A stretch of 64,000 nt of DNA from Octopus sinensis (GCF_006345805.1 NC_043004.1:56730001-56794000); one strand, 5' to 3'. Positions 1 to 12,629 are shown, counted from the stretch's first letter. Made by a program: numbers and translations. The notes: generated by a model not told the origin, from the sequence alone.

Positions 1-215
1 CTTCTCTCAATAATGTTATATGTGGATAGATCTTTAGGAATATATCACTGCAATTCTGAAATTTCTTTTGAGGCTTTTCATAACACTGAATATTTTTATC
101 GCATTTTTATGGAGAGTATAAAATCATTAAGGTTATATTTTATAAGGATTATGATTGCATTGAGTTAAATGCAAACTCTAAGATCGGAAAATTCAAAGTT
201 TTATATGTATATATT

Positions 216-723
216 TACACAGGAAGTAAATAGACACTTTAATTTTCAAAATCTTTTATTTGATATTAATTGCTTCAAGGAGAGGTTTTCTTCTAGCTGC
301 TCATCCATAATACCCAAGCACATAGGTAACACACGTTCTTGGACTAACTTCTAGCTGTTTTGCAATGTTAGAAACCTTCGAACGGGTATCGTTTTCCAAA
401 ATTCTCTTCAAACAGTGAAGCTTCTTTTCCTTCGCTTTTGAATTGCACTATAATTCTATTAACAGTAGCAGGACGAATTTGAAGATTTTTCGCTCGCTAA
501 GATCAGCCTCAGCTTGTCTAACAATACGACCTCTTTGAAAATCTAACAGTTCTGCTGAACTTTTTGTGCGTGTCATGGTTACTCTTCGCAGATGTTTAAC
601 ACAATGGCATCTGGAATGAAAAATAATAATTATCGTGTAAATTCTACAACGCTGAAAACATAAGATGCTTAGATCAGAAATTTTGAAAATCAAATGTCTA
701 TTTACTTCCTGCATGTCTGTGTA
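216..723 (-). mobile_element. Internally deleted Tc1-like DNA transposon
   Basis: Inverted termini caggaagtaaatagacactttaattttcaaaat (220-252) and attttgaaaatcaaatgtctatttacttcctg (680-711) with TA flanks. Minus-strand relic MTRTKSSAELLDFQRGRIV..ADLSERKI resembles the Tc1 N-terminal HTH (ELSDFERGQIV). Confidence 0.7.
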
Positions 724-1104
724 TATATAATTTTAGCGTAATAAATAGGTTCATAAAATCGTGTGGGTATCATAGAAAGCTCCTCTAGCGCACTCATCTA
801 ATAGGCCACGTAATACTCTCCGATAGAGGAATATAACGGAGTCTTTGCAAGTGAAATCCAAGAGATCTGATCAATAAAATTTTCATGAGGTGTATGTAAA
901 CCATAAAAAGTTAGGTGACATGAAAGATGAATGTATATATTTAACCATTTGTCATTCTGTTTCGCGGCTTTCTTCATGCAATTATGTTTTCAGTGTATAA
1001 TAAATTATGTTTACATGTCTGCACTTATATGCACTCTACACTCTGTACAATACAATTGTATATTCACAAATCAATGATATTGATTTGTCATTGATTTGTA
1101 TATG

Positions 1105-1195
1105 TAGGTGCAGGTGTGGCTGAGTGTTAGAAGCTTGCTTCCCAACCACATGTTTTTGGATACAGTGCCACTACCTGGCATCTTGGGAAGATGTC
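1105..1195 (+). mobile_element. SINE family A, 5' head fragment
   Basis: Degenerate match to the ggcgcaggagtggctgtgtggtaagtagcttgcttaccaaccacatgg...tggcatcttgggcaag head seen at 5813. Confidence 0.7.
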
Positions 1196-1359
1196 ACACA
1201 CATACACACAAACACACACACACGCGCACATACGCGCACACACACAGATATATGTGCATATGCATACATATCTATTTGTGGTTGTCTGTTTATCTATCCA
1301 TCTACCTATATATATATATCTATGTATCTATCTATATATCTATCTATCCATGTATCTAT

Positions 1360-1720
1360 TAGGATTGGCTGTGTGGTAAGTAGCTTGCTTACCAACAATA
1401 TGATTCCGCGTACAGTCCCACTGCGTGGCAACTTCGGTAAGTGTCTTCTACAATAGACTCAGGCCGACCAAAGCCTTGTGAGTAGATTTGGCAGACGGAA
1501 ACTGAAACAAGCCCCACGTATATGTGTGCGTGTGTGTGTATCTTTTTGTGTCTGTGTTTGTACCACAATATCGTTTGACAGCCGATGCTGGTGTGTTTAC
1601 ATACCGTAACTTAGCTGTTCGGGAAAAGAAACCAATAGAATAAATATTAGGATCGATTTATTCGACTGAAAGTTGGCACCCCGACATGGCCGCTCTCAAA
1701 CAAGTATAAAGCTAAAAGAA
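1360..1720 (+). mobile_element. SINE family A (tRNA-like head, internal TA/TG microsatellite, LINE-like tail), diverged copy
   Basis: Colinear with the 5813-6246 copy: head, gacggaaactgaa, microsatellite, gatgctggtgtgtttac, catggccg tail. Confidence 0.85.
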
Positions 1721-2044
1721 TGTCAGCACAAATTATTCTCATTTGTAATTTGAACTCTTTTCTATTTGCTTTACTTCTCTTACAAAGTTATTTCAATTGT
1801 GTTTTTACTTCTTTTTTTCCGGTATTTTGACGTTGCAATTCCCTACAGAGCAAACAATTACTTTGTCATTACGCAAGACTAATATTTTGCTTAAGTCATG
1901 AAAATAGATTATATTGTTTAGGAATCGATATTTTCTTAAAAGCATCTCAAGAAATTTGTTTTCATTCTGCTAATTCAATGAGATAATAATGATGTAATTT
2001 CCCATTTGCGATTCGTTGATTTTGATAGTTAATATATGATCGGA

Positions 2045-2730
2045 TCTTCTTCTTCTTCTTCTTCTTCTTCTTCTTCTTCTTCTTCTTCTTCTTCTTCTTC
2101 TTCTTCTTCTTTTTCTTTTTCTTCTTCTTCTTCTTTTTCTTTTTCTTTTTCTTCTTCTTCTTTTTCTTTTTCTTCTTCTTCTTCTTTATTACTTTATCGT
2201 CATCGTCTGTTTTCTTCTCTCTTCTTCTTCTTTCTTCCTCTCTGTTGTATTCTTTTCTTTCGTATTTCTCACCCTCGTCCTCCTCCATGTCCTCTTCGCC
2301 CACGTCCTTCTCCTCATCCTACACCTCCCCTCCTGCTACTCTCTTCCTCCTCCTCTCCTTTTCCTCCCTCGTCCCTCCTCTACCATCCTCTCCTTCTCCT
2401 TCTTTCCTTCCTACTTCTCCTCCTCTTCGTTCTCCTCCATTCATCCTCCTCCCCCTACTTTCTTGGTTTCATTTTTCTTCTAAAATTACTTTCTTTCATT
2501 GTTTCCTTTTCTTGTGTTCTTTGTTTTATTTTCGATTTCTATTTTACTTCATACCTTTCATATTCTCTCTCTTCCCCTCCTCCTCTTCCTTCTTCTTCGT
2601 TTTCCATTTTTCTTCATCTCTTCTCTTCTAACTTCATCTCCTTCCTTCTTCCTCCATTTTCTTTCTTCATCTTCTTTCCTTCTGCTTTATTTTACACTTT
2701 TCTCTTCTTTCTTTCTTTCTTTCTTCAGCA
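2045..2730. repeat. (TTC)n / CT-rich low-complexity tract
   Basis: Pure (TTC)n decaying into a polypyrimidine tract; explains the poly-S and poly-K ORFs. Confidence 0.95.
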
Positions 2731-3614
2731 TTCCTCACACGTGGCACAAAAGTCCTCTCACCTTTATTACCATATTCACTTTACTTTTATAATACAATCA
2801 TACCTAATTCACCTCCAAGGTAATCTTCTGTGTCTTTATAAGTTATTAGTACACATATACTTGCAGGCAATTGCCCTGGCAATATTTTACTACTGAGTTG
2901 TAATCAATCTATTCAACTTTAGTACCTCATGAACACGTCTAACATAAAGCATATTAAATTAACTCTAGCCATAATGTGACAAGGGAAATTAAATGTCCCT
3001 CCTATCTAAAACTTTGGGAACATGTAATCGTGTAACATTATGCATATCTGAAATAACTGCACACGCTTGCACTTGTATATCTTGAATCAAGCATGGTTTA
3101 CTTATCAACGTTGTCAAATATTAAAATAGTTGGGTCGGTTAGAGAATAGTATTGTTTACATATTATTTTTTCTCGGAGACTTGAAACACCTCACCACTTA
3201 TGCATACATAGTTAAATAATACATACACACACTAAAACATAAACAAACACACGCACACACATATATGTATGCCCCTATTCATACATATGTGTGTGAGTGC
3301 GTATAGAAAATATTATCGTTCTTTCCCGCTGGGAAATAGCTTTGTTAGTTTTCATCAATATATAGCTAATTTTTCACCAATGTATAATACTATTTCAAAA
3401 CAGTGCTTTTAACTGCGGCCATATTAGCATTTATATGGATTATATTTGAACTAATTGTCCACAGCAGAATTAATTCTACTAGAATATCGTTTCAAATGAC
3501 ATTAAATGCCTGGAAATAGCACAATTGTTAATGTTTCCGTATTCCTGTATGGAAGCAAGTTGTGTGAGAGGGGCGACTCAGAAACCAGGTCGCATTAGCT
3601 GAATTACCGCAAAT

Positions 3615-3809
3615 ACATTTGTGCGAGACTATTTTACCATTGGTTACTAAGCTACAGAGAATTGAAAAAAATGGCTTTTAGCCTTTTCTGATTTTGAACA
3701 TCGAAAACATCTTTGAATTTCTACTTGAAAATGTTTTTAAAAATTGCTGAAACTTTCTTGTGTAATAATTTTACAATATCAATTGCATTGTAACACTCTG
3801 TGTGATTAC

Positions 3810-3840
<31 letters not shown>

Positions 3841-4031
3841 ACATAAAGGGGGTGCAGAAAAATTCCTGGTTTTAAGGGGATAACGAAATACCAAGGTGGA
3901 GGTCCAGCCTTACGATTTCTTTTACAGGGCTTAGAAAAAATTGAGGAACCGCTACAAAAAGTGTGTGTATCGCAGAAGGGAATGATGTGTTGAATAAAGT
4001 CATAATCAAGTGATCGTCCCGTATTTTCTTT

Positions 4032-4076
<45 letters not shown>

Positions 4077-4111
4077 TATATACATATACACACACATATA
4101 CATATACACAC

Positions 4112-4145
<34 letters not shown>

Positions 4146-4155
4146 ATACATATAC

Positions 4156-4186
<31 letters not shown>

Positions 4187-4416
4187 GTGTATATATATAT
4201 ATATGTGTATATATATATATATAATATGTATACATAAAGGGGGTGCAGAAAAATTCCTGGTTTTAAGGGGATAACGAAATACCAAGGTGGAGGTCCAGCC
4301 TTACGATTTTTTTACAGGGCTTAGAAAAAATTGAGGAACCGCTACAAAAAGTGTGTGTATCGCAGAAGGGAATGATGTGTTGAATAAAGTCATAATCAAG
4401 TGATCGTCCCGTATTT

Positions 4417-4465
<49 letters not shown>

Positions 4466-4882
4466 TATATACATATACACACATATTACATATACACACA
4501 TATATACATATATATATACATATATATATACATACATATACATATATATATACATATATATATATATATGTGTATATATATATGTATATGTATATATATA
4601 TGTATATATATATGTATATGTGTGTGTATATGTATATGTGTGTGTATATGTATATATGTGTGTGTGTGTATATATATATATATACATATATAAAAGAAAA
4701 TACGGGAGGATCACTTGATTATGACTTTATTCAACACATCATTCCCTTCTGCGATACACACACTTTTGTAGCGGTTCCTCAATTTGTTCTAAGCCCTGTA
4801 AAAGAAATCGTAAGGCTGGACCTCCACCTTGGTATTTCGTTATCCCCTTAAAACCAGGAATTTTTCTGCACCCCCTTTATGT

Positions 4883-4926
<44 letters not shown>

Positions 4927-5114
4927 ATCACACAGAGTGTTACAATGCAATTGATATTGTAAAATTATTACACAAGAAAGTTTCAGCAATTTTTAAAAAC
5001 ATTTTCAAGTAGAAATTCAAAGATGTTTTCGATGTTCAAAATCAGAAAAGGCTAAAAGCCATTTTCTTCAATTCTCTGTAGCTTAGTAACCAATGGTAAA
5101 ATAGTCTCGCACAA

Positions 5115-5118
<4 letters not shown>
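3615..5118. repeat. Large fold-back inverted duplication (arms about 3615-4030 and 4690-5118) with an extra internal direct copy
   Basis: acatttgtgcgagact... at 3615 is mirrored by ...agtctcgcacaaatgt ending at 5118. Segment 3835-4030 recurs at 4228-4422 (+) and 4690-4887 (-), separated by TA/CA microsatellites. Confidence 0.9.
3835..4030 (+). mobile_element. Mariner-derived deletion derivative (further copies at 4228-4422 + and 4690-4887 -)
   Basis: Mariner-like terminus gggggtgcagaaaaattcctggttttaa, followed by a frameshifted transposase C-terminus [16 protein letters not shown]...VE* resembling the mariner GIEKLPERWQKCI...GDYVE tail. Confidence 0.65.
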
Positions 5119-5176
<58 letters not shown>

Positions 5177-5812
5177 TAAATAGAGATAGAGAGCTTAGTA
5201 ATTGATTTTAAACGAAATTTAGTTTTAGTTTTATACATCTTCATGTATTCTATATATGCACCAATGATCGTGAAGCCAGATCATCAGGTCGAGTCATTGC
5301 TTTTACTCATTGAAAATCATAGCTCCGGTACTGCGGATATGATATGGGGATAAAATTAATTACAATTCAAGAAAGTATATCATAAATGTTTAAAGATCGA
5401 ACATGATACCAAATTACATATCAGTATCATTCTAAATAAATCAGAACACAAATCTTAAGGAGACAGGTAAAATGTTTGCCAAGGTAAAGAGCTTGGTGTA
5501 CATTCGACTAATAATGATACATGTAGCATAGGAAGCTACGAATTTTGTAGTAATCTAAAAACAACTCAGAATATAATAAACGTGTTACGCATTTCTAAAA
5601 CACTATGCTGCATGCGCGTGTTGTAAATTTCTTTGCAATTATCTATAATGATTCGAATTTATTTCAGATCATCTAAAATGTGAAACGGAAATGATACTTC
5701 TGTGGAAACAGACGATTGTGTTGCAAATTCCTTTGTACAAAAACGAAGATACAAAGCGATCACAAATTTAAGGGGATATATAAAAGATATCTCAAAAAAA
5801 TTATATGTTTTA

Positions 5813-5989
5813 GGCGCAGGAGTGGCTGTGTGGTAAGTAGCTCGTTTACCAACCACATGGTTCCGGGTTCAGTCCCACTGCGTGGCATCTTGGGCAACTG
5901 TCTTCTGCTATAGCCCCGGACCGACTAATGCCTTGTGAGTGGATTTGGTAGACGGAAACTGAAAGAAACCTGTCGTATATATGTATATA

Positions 5990-6050
<61 letters not shown>

Positions 6051-6246
6051 TTGTCCCCCTAGCATTGCTTGACAACCGATGCTGGTGTGTTTACGTCCCC
6101 GTAACTTCGCGTTTCGGCAAAAGAGACCGATAGAATATGTACTGGGCTTACAAAGAATAAGTCCCGGGGTCGATTTGCTCGACTAAAGGCGGTGCTCCAG
6201 CATGGCCGCAGTCAAATGACTGAAACAAGTAAAAGAGTAAAAGAGA
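5813..6246 (+). mobile_element. SINE family A, full length
   Basis: tRNA-like head (tggctgtgtggta A-box-like, gggttcagtccc B-box-like), CORE-like cttgggcaa motif, internal (TA)n(TG)n, 3' ggcggtgctccagcatggccgcagtcaaatgactgaaac plus (gtaaaaga) tail. Many near-identical copies in the window. Confidence 0.92.
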
Positions 6247-6814
6247 GAGAGAGAGTTTTAAATATATAGAAGAAATTTAAGCTTTAGGTGATATAGGAAG
6301 GTTTGCTAAGGAATTATCGGGGTAAGCACTATCATCTGTACCTTAAGAAGATATTACATAACCTCGCTTCGTTCATTGAGTCAGTAGATGTATTGCATAA
6401 AAAAAGAGGCACATATCGCATTTCTTACTATGACTGTTATATAGTTTAGCGAAGGTAACAATGAAGCATTTGAAACTGTATGCAACTAAGTTACTGTTTA
6501 GGTGGTGAATGAGCCTAAATAAAGAGGTACTGTTAGATCTCACTTGAGATTTAAGGCTAGAATAGAGGTTACCAATTTTTGACCTTGAAGGTGGTGCTGC
6601 AGAAGCCACTATATGTACGTAATTGGAAATAAATTTTCTTGGAGACTGTACACTTACATGCGTTATTTTTCGTGAGGCATTTAGTGCCTAAGGGACAGAA
6701 GGCAGGACAACTGAATCTGCATAGAATTTCAGGGGGTGAAAAAGTGGAGTTTGTGGGTTTATGAACTAACCTATATATATATATATACGGGTGTGTGTGA
6801 TTGTGTATAAAAGA

Positions 6815-7158
6815 ATATATTAATAAAAGGAATTCCAACCTTGTCTGATTTTCACGTTTTATGTGCAATCTTATAATGATATATTATAAGATAATATATT
6901 ATAATATAATAAAATAAATTAATAGATTGTTAAATGTTCATTCACAATTTTTTACAGTCAAACATTGTGAAGCATGACTGTCACCACTACTACATGAACC
7001 TGAAAATTGCAGAATGTAATGCATGAAAGTACTAGTTCAATCAGAATGAACATTTAACATTCTATTGTTTTATTTTATTTTATTATATTATATTATCTTA
7101 TATCATTATAAGATTGTAAATAAAACATGAAAATCAGACAAGGTTGGAATTCCTTTTA

Positions 7159-7167
<9 letters not shown>
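6815..7167. mobile_element. Fold-back/MITE-like element with about 130-bp imperfect inverted arms
   Basis: taataaaaggaattccaaccttgtctgattttc...aatgttcattc (6815-6943) is mirrored by gaatgaacattt...gaaaatcagacaaggttggaattccttttatta (7044-7167); TA-rich flanks. Confidence 0.8.
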
Positions 7168-7193
<26 letters not shown>

Positions 7194-7629
7194 GCGAACT
7201 TTAGGTTTGTTAAAATATGTTTGTGACATATTTCAACCTGAAAATTCACTTAGACAATTTTGCAACAGTTATCTTGGAGAAAAAAAATCTCTCTTAAAAT
7301 AAAAGTTGGAGAACCACCATATCTACCCAGTGTCACCCACTCTTGGATTTCCAGGCGTTACGTTTCTAGCGCTTTAGGTATTGCCAATGAGAAATACCCC
7401 GCAAAATATAAATATAACTTTTGGCAGGTTTAAAACCGTGGTTTTAACTGGAACACCATCACATTGAATTAATTGCGCCACTAGACCTCCAGATTGAAAG
7501 GAATTCTGAAGTAGCAGCACCAAACAGTATTTAGGCATAAACGAATTTTAAGTTAGTTAAAATGTGTTGGGGCATATTTCAACTTCTAAAAGAAAATTCA
7601 CTGCAGTTGTTAGAGGTAGCGTTATGTTA

Positions 7630-7870
7630 GTATAATAGTAGTAGTGGTAGTAATATCATTACTGCTGCAACAGCAGAAGCAGCAGCAACAGTGGGGGTGG
7701 TGGTAGTGGTACTAGTAGTGGTAGTGGTAGTAGCAGCATTAGTAGTGGTAGTGGTGGTAGTGGTATTAGTAGTAGTAGCAGCAGTAGTAGTGGTGGTAGT
7801 AGTAGTAGTAAGGGTAGTAGTATCAGCGGCAGTGGTAGTAGTAGTAGTAGTAGTAGTACTGTTAGTAGTT
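7630..7870. repeat. (GTA/GTG/GCA)n trinucleotide microsatellite
   Basis: Direct reading; explains the poly-T and poly-V ORFs. Confidence 0.95.
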
Positions 7871-8567
7871 GCTGTTGATGTTCTGGTTATTTTTACATAT
7901 TTCATGGTGATGTCCTATAGCTTTTCATTTGTTCTGATGAAGCTGACATACAAAAATAAAATTGATACACCCATGATTATCGTATATCCTCACGTTTCAT
8001 CACAATATACATAGGATGATATTAGCTAGTGCATACATCTGTATTACAATATGATAAAGTGGAATTTGACTATCAATTCAGCTGCCATTTCAAGTAACAA
8101 CGAGTAAACAATTAAAACCGATACATATCCACTAGGTAATAAAGATAATAACTGCCTCAGTTTCTGTGAAGATTCTCTGTCAATATTGGTCGACTAAATG
8201 ATTGTAACTGAAAAAAGTTCATAGTATATATATATATATATACATAAAAGTTCATAGTATATATATATATATATATATAATCAAAATAAGCAACAAGGAT
8301 ATCCAAAGGTAGTGTAGTACAATCGTTTCATGCTACTTCAGTATACTCAAATCTCATTAATCGGCATTTAATGGGAGCCTCATAGTCGGCGTCGGAAATT
8401 ATATTTTTAGTCAACAGCAATTCGAGGATTCTTATTGATGTTTATTGCAAATTTCGAGAAAAGCAACTGGATACTCAAGTTACGGTCCTTAACGCTGCGA
8501 AAATGATTTTAAAATGCAGCTTATCTGCTCCTGGACCCGCTTTAGGCAAGAAGTTGAAAATCTGTCT

Positions 8568-8672
8568 GGCCCATGCCGCTCCATGGATCCTATGTAATGC
8601 AGGTGTAAAATTTCATTAAGATTGGTTTGGTGGATCTCGAGTTTTAACGACATGACAAACACACAGACATTT
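8568..8672 (-). mobile_element. Helitron-family 5'-region fragment
   Basis: Reverse complement (aatgtctgtgtgtttg...aaaactcgag...aaattttacacctgcattacataggatccatg...catgggc) is homologous to 38665-38765 of the Helitron. Confidence 0.65.
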
Positions 8673-8741
8673 GAATAAAGTATTTGAAAATGTTTTGAAA
8701 TTTATGAGTAGGTTACTAACACCTATATATGTATAAATATA

Positions 8742-8773
<32 letters not shown>

Positions 8774-8801
8774 TACATACACAAATACACACACACACAC
8801 A

Positions 8802-8843
<42 letters not shown>

Positions 8844-8846
<3 letters not shown>

Positions 8847-9232
8847 TCTTTACTCTTTCACTTGTTTCATTCATTTGACTGTGGCCATGCTGGAGCACCG
8901 CCTTCAGTCGAGCAAATCGACCCCGGGACTTATTCTTTGTAAGACCAGTACTTATTCTATCGGTGTCTTTTGCCGAACCGCTAAGTGACGAGGACGTAAA
9001 CACACCAGCATCGGTTGTCAAGCAATGCTAGGGGGACAAACACAGACACGCAAACATACACACAAATACATATATATATATACATATATACGACAGGCTT
9101 CTTTCAGCTTCCGCCATTGATCGGCCCGAGGCTATAGCAGAAGACACCTGCCCAAGATGCCACGCAGTGGGACTGAACCTGGAACCATGTGGTTGGTAAG
9201 CAAGCTACTTACCACACAGCCACTCCTGCGCC
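8844..9232 (-). mobile_element. SINE family A
   Basis: Reverse complement of the 5813 copy with a small internal deletion. Confidence 0.9.
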
Positions 9233-9260
9233 TATATATATATATGTATATATATATATA

Positions 9261-10258
9261 ACAATTGCAGCGTGGAAGGTGTTTATAAGCCATTTAAGAA
9301 ACACACAAAAGCCGTTTGATTCACTTCATCATTTAAGTTTAATTCGTCAAAATATTTTCGTCGCTAAAATCCGCGACCTGTTCACTGACAAAGTCCGTGC
9401 TTCATCTAAGAAAGTAACAGTTAGTTCGTCATATATATGTACGTATGTATGTGTGTATGTATGCATACATGTATGTATGTAAGTACGTATGCATGTACGT
9501 ACATACGCCTGTGTATGTATGTATGTATGTATGTATGTATATATGTATGTGTGTGTATATGCACGCACATACACTCTATAAAACATAAAGCTATAAACCT
9601 GTAGCGATGGATGGATGTAGAGTGACCACTCATCACAAAGCTATCAAATTTCAACTTCCCACGGCCGAAGCTAGAGAGTGATTTACGATGCTTACTCCCA
9701 AAACTATACCCTAAAATCTATTATCAGATCTTTATCTCTATATCACAGAACTATTGTTTTACTATTGTGCGTATGTATGTATGTATGTATGTATGTATGT
9801 ATGTATGTGCGTATGTATGTATGTATGTATGTATGTATGTATGTGCGTATGTATGTGTGTATGTACATACGTACGCATGTGCGTATGTATGTATCCGCGC
9901 TCGTATGCATGTGCCCATGTATGTGTGTGAGTACATGTACGTGCGTATGTACGTGTGTATGCCCATACGTAGGTATGTATGTATGTTTGTATTCATGTGC
10001 TACGTATGTATGTGAGTGTCTAGGAGAATGGGCAGACGTGTCAGTGTGTACATGCATGCATACACAGGCGTATGTACGTACATGCATACGTATTACATAC
10101 ACACATGTATGCATACATACACACATACATACGTACATATATATGACGAACTAACTGTTACTTTCTTAAATGGCTTATAAACACCTTCCACGCTGCAATT
10201 GTTTTCGTTTCAGCACACGATCTCAGATCAAATTACTTTCTATGCGAGTACATCTCCA
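9261..10258. mobile_element. Non-coding element with inverted arms (9261-9518 and 10059-10202) in (TA)n, Penelope pLTR-like
   Basis: acaattgcagcgtggaaggtgtttataagccatttaagaa is mirrored at 10163-10202, and aagaaagtaacagttagttcgtcata is mirrored at about 10141-10167. The left arm carries a hammerhead-like motif. Confidence 0.6.
9343..9392 (-). ncRNA. Candidate minimal type-I hammerhead ribozyme (G3-C8 core variant)
   Basis: Minus strand reads UUUGUCA-GUGAACA-G-GUCGC-ggauuuua-GCGAC-GAAA-AUAU-UU-UGACGAA: stem I, core, stem II, GAAA, palindromic minimal stem III, UH site. Confidence 0.6.
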
Positions 10259-10262
10259 AAAT

Positions 10263-10339
<77 letters not shown>

Positions 10340-10858
10340 GCTGAAAAAGCAATTAGGCAAAATGGGATTCTGCAAATATGTGTACTTATAGACATCAGTT
10401 TCTATCTTTAAACATTAATCTTATAAATTTTAAGCGAATAGCGTATTCTGCCATATTATTAGTATTACTGTAGAGAAATCTCAGACAAATTTCCATCCTA
10501 CCATATTGAGATTTTTGGTTATTCAAGTCTCTTTCCAACCGCAAAAATTGAAAAACGAAATATCACTTTGCCTCATTAGCAATATTGAATGAGAAGCTAA
10601 TAATCATACGGCGTTCTAGTTTATTTCATGTAATGAATGGAGTCTTGTGCTGAAGTAAAACTTTAGCAACTTCATTGCGAAATTAGCGAAGCTGTAAGTT
10701 TATTAAGCCATCGTTATGCACTGTAAAACGTATTGATAAATATATTAACAATGAAACTATCTGAAGACATATATGCCACACGCATATATGCGACATGTAG
10801 ATAATTCTACACCTACACTCACACGCAATTACACGCCCACACATATACACATGCATAT

Positions 10859-10916
<58 letters not shown>

Positions 10917-10978
10917 TAATATATATAACGTATACACACTCACTCGCACACATACATATTTATACATATGTATTTATA

Positions 10979-11028
<50 letters not shown>

Positions 11029-11374
11029 CAACTATGTACATGCATGCATAAATACACACTCATGTACATATACTTCTATGTGTGTGCTTGTACGTAAGAA
11101 TTATCTCTAATTATGTGACGATATATTTATGCATGCGCTCTACTCAATTTATACGGATATAATCTAAGACCATTTTTCTAATGCTTAATTTCAAAAGATA
11201 CTAGTCTTCAGTGAGTGTGATGATGACAATAATAATAATAATAGTAATAATAACAACAACAATAATTACTTTGTTCTTGTTACCCTCATTATTATTGTTG
11301 TTGTTGTTGTTGTCGTTTTACTTCTCAGAACGTTTGGTTTTGTTTGTTCTAGTAGATTTCGTGAGATCGGACAG

Positions 11375-12263
11375 GGATCTTTTCATTTTTGAAGCCAGGA
11401 CCACAGATCTTTCTACTTAACTAAATAATCTGAAACTTCGTATGCTGATAGAGTCTAGCAAAACAAGACACAGGTTGGAACTAGTTTATTTGAGAAAAAT
11501 CTATTTTATGACTTTAATCGTAGATTAAAACTGCGAATTTTAACCAATCAGATTGTTTGTTTTCATGTGTAAAACTTGACTGCATTCTATTAGTGTGACG
11601 TAGAAAGCGCTTTTGTGACGTACTAACGTTCGTTTGAAAACTGTAAACAACACAGAACGTAACGGCAGACGAAATACGGCTACGCATTTCGCCCGGCGTG
11701 CTAACGTTTCTGCCAGCTCTTTGCTTTTTTAATATTAAATTCTTGCCTTTTGCACAAATAAATACAATAAGTGAAATGAAACGCATTAGCTTAGAAACGA
11801 AATCTTGTTAGAAGCCTCGTCACTGAGATGCTACTTCTTAATAGCAAACGAAAGCAAGTACTAACAGAATGGAAACATTTTCAATTTAATACATGTGGCT
11901 TATTAACTAGTTTTAAATATTGTTATTAGAAGGTGGCTGACTATAGGATCCTGGAAACATGAGTACGTTAAATAATTAGAAGGAGATTTCACGGAGACAT
12001 GCGGTTTATTTACATTTAAGATGTTTAATACGTCACCAAATTGGTGGTCGAGACGGAGTAAATAAAATAAAGCCGAATGACGGAATATCATTGGTTAAAA
12101 TTCTAATTATTAAACAACGTTAAACTTAGAAGTTACAATTCCGTTTTCATTCTGGTTTACAATTAAGTTTACTTTTGACACATTCTACCAGTATACGAAG
12201 TTTCAAATTGTTTGGTTCAGTAGGAAAAATTTGAAAAAACTGGCTTCAGAATTGAAAAGATCC
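11375..12263. mobile_element. MULE/Mutator-like non-autonomous element (MITE)
   Basis: Termini GGATCTTTTC...GAAAAGATCC, diverged long TIRs with aaacttcgtat.ct and aaccaat motifs, 8-bp TSD tcggacag/gcggacag; related to 25461-26474. Confidence 0.7.
11655..11722 (-). mobile_element. SINE family C head fragment nested in the MITE
   Basis: Reverse complement gagctggcagaaacgttagcacgccgggcgaaatgcgtagccgtatttcgtctgccgttacgttct matches the 21728 head. Confidence 0.75.
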
Positions 12264-12598
12264 GCGGACAGCAACCTGCTGTTAGAGGTCTCACAGGGTT
12301 TCTTTCCGCACAATATAAGCTTCGACATTTCGTTGATAATTAGCGTTGGAAGACATACAACATTCAAGTACCAATCTCAAAATCCTAGCTGTACCTAGGA
12401 GGGCAGTTTTTCGGGCCTGCACCACTCTCAAGTCAATTCTGATTTCTGTGATATATTTCTCGAACTTGGTTGCTGGAATGACAGACACTCTCCTCATTGA
12501 CCACATTCTGGCAATTTCCTCTTTTAGCAGCTTGTATTTTTCAAGCTTTCCTAGTTCGTTGTCACTTATGCGTATATCCCCAGGTATTTCAATATCTA

Positions 12599-12629
<31 letters not shown>

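Larger units (their letters stand above)
11290..12600 (-). mobile_element. R4/Dong-type non-LTR retrotransposon 3' fragment (RLE C-terminus and 3' UTR), interrupted by a MITE
   Basis: 12290-12600 translates IDIEIPGDIRISDNELGKLEKYKLLKEEIARMWSMRRVSVIP...KTALLGTARILRLVL, a restriction-like endonuclease tail. Flanked by (TAA)n. The UTR appears to resume left of 11374 and end in CAA/TAA repeats. Confidence 0.75.

Noticed and set aside
1962-2896. Poly-K, poly-S and hydrophobic ORFs
   Set aside because: Products of the (TTC)n/CT-rich tract.
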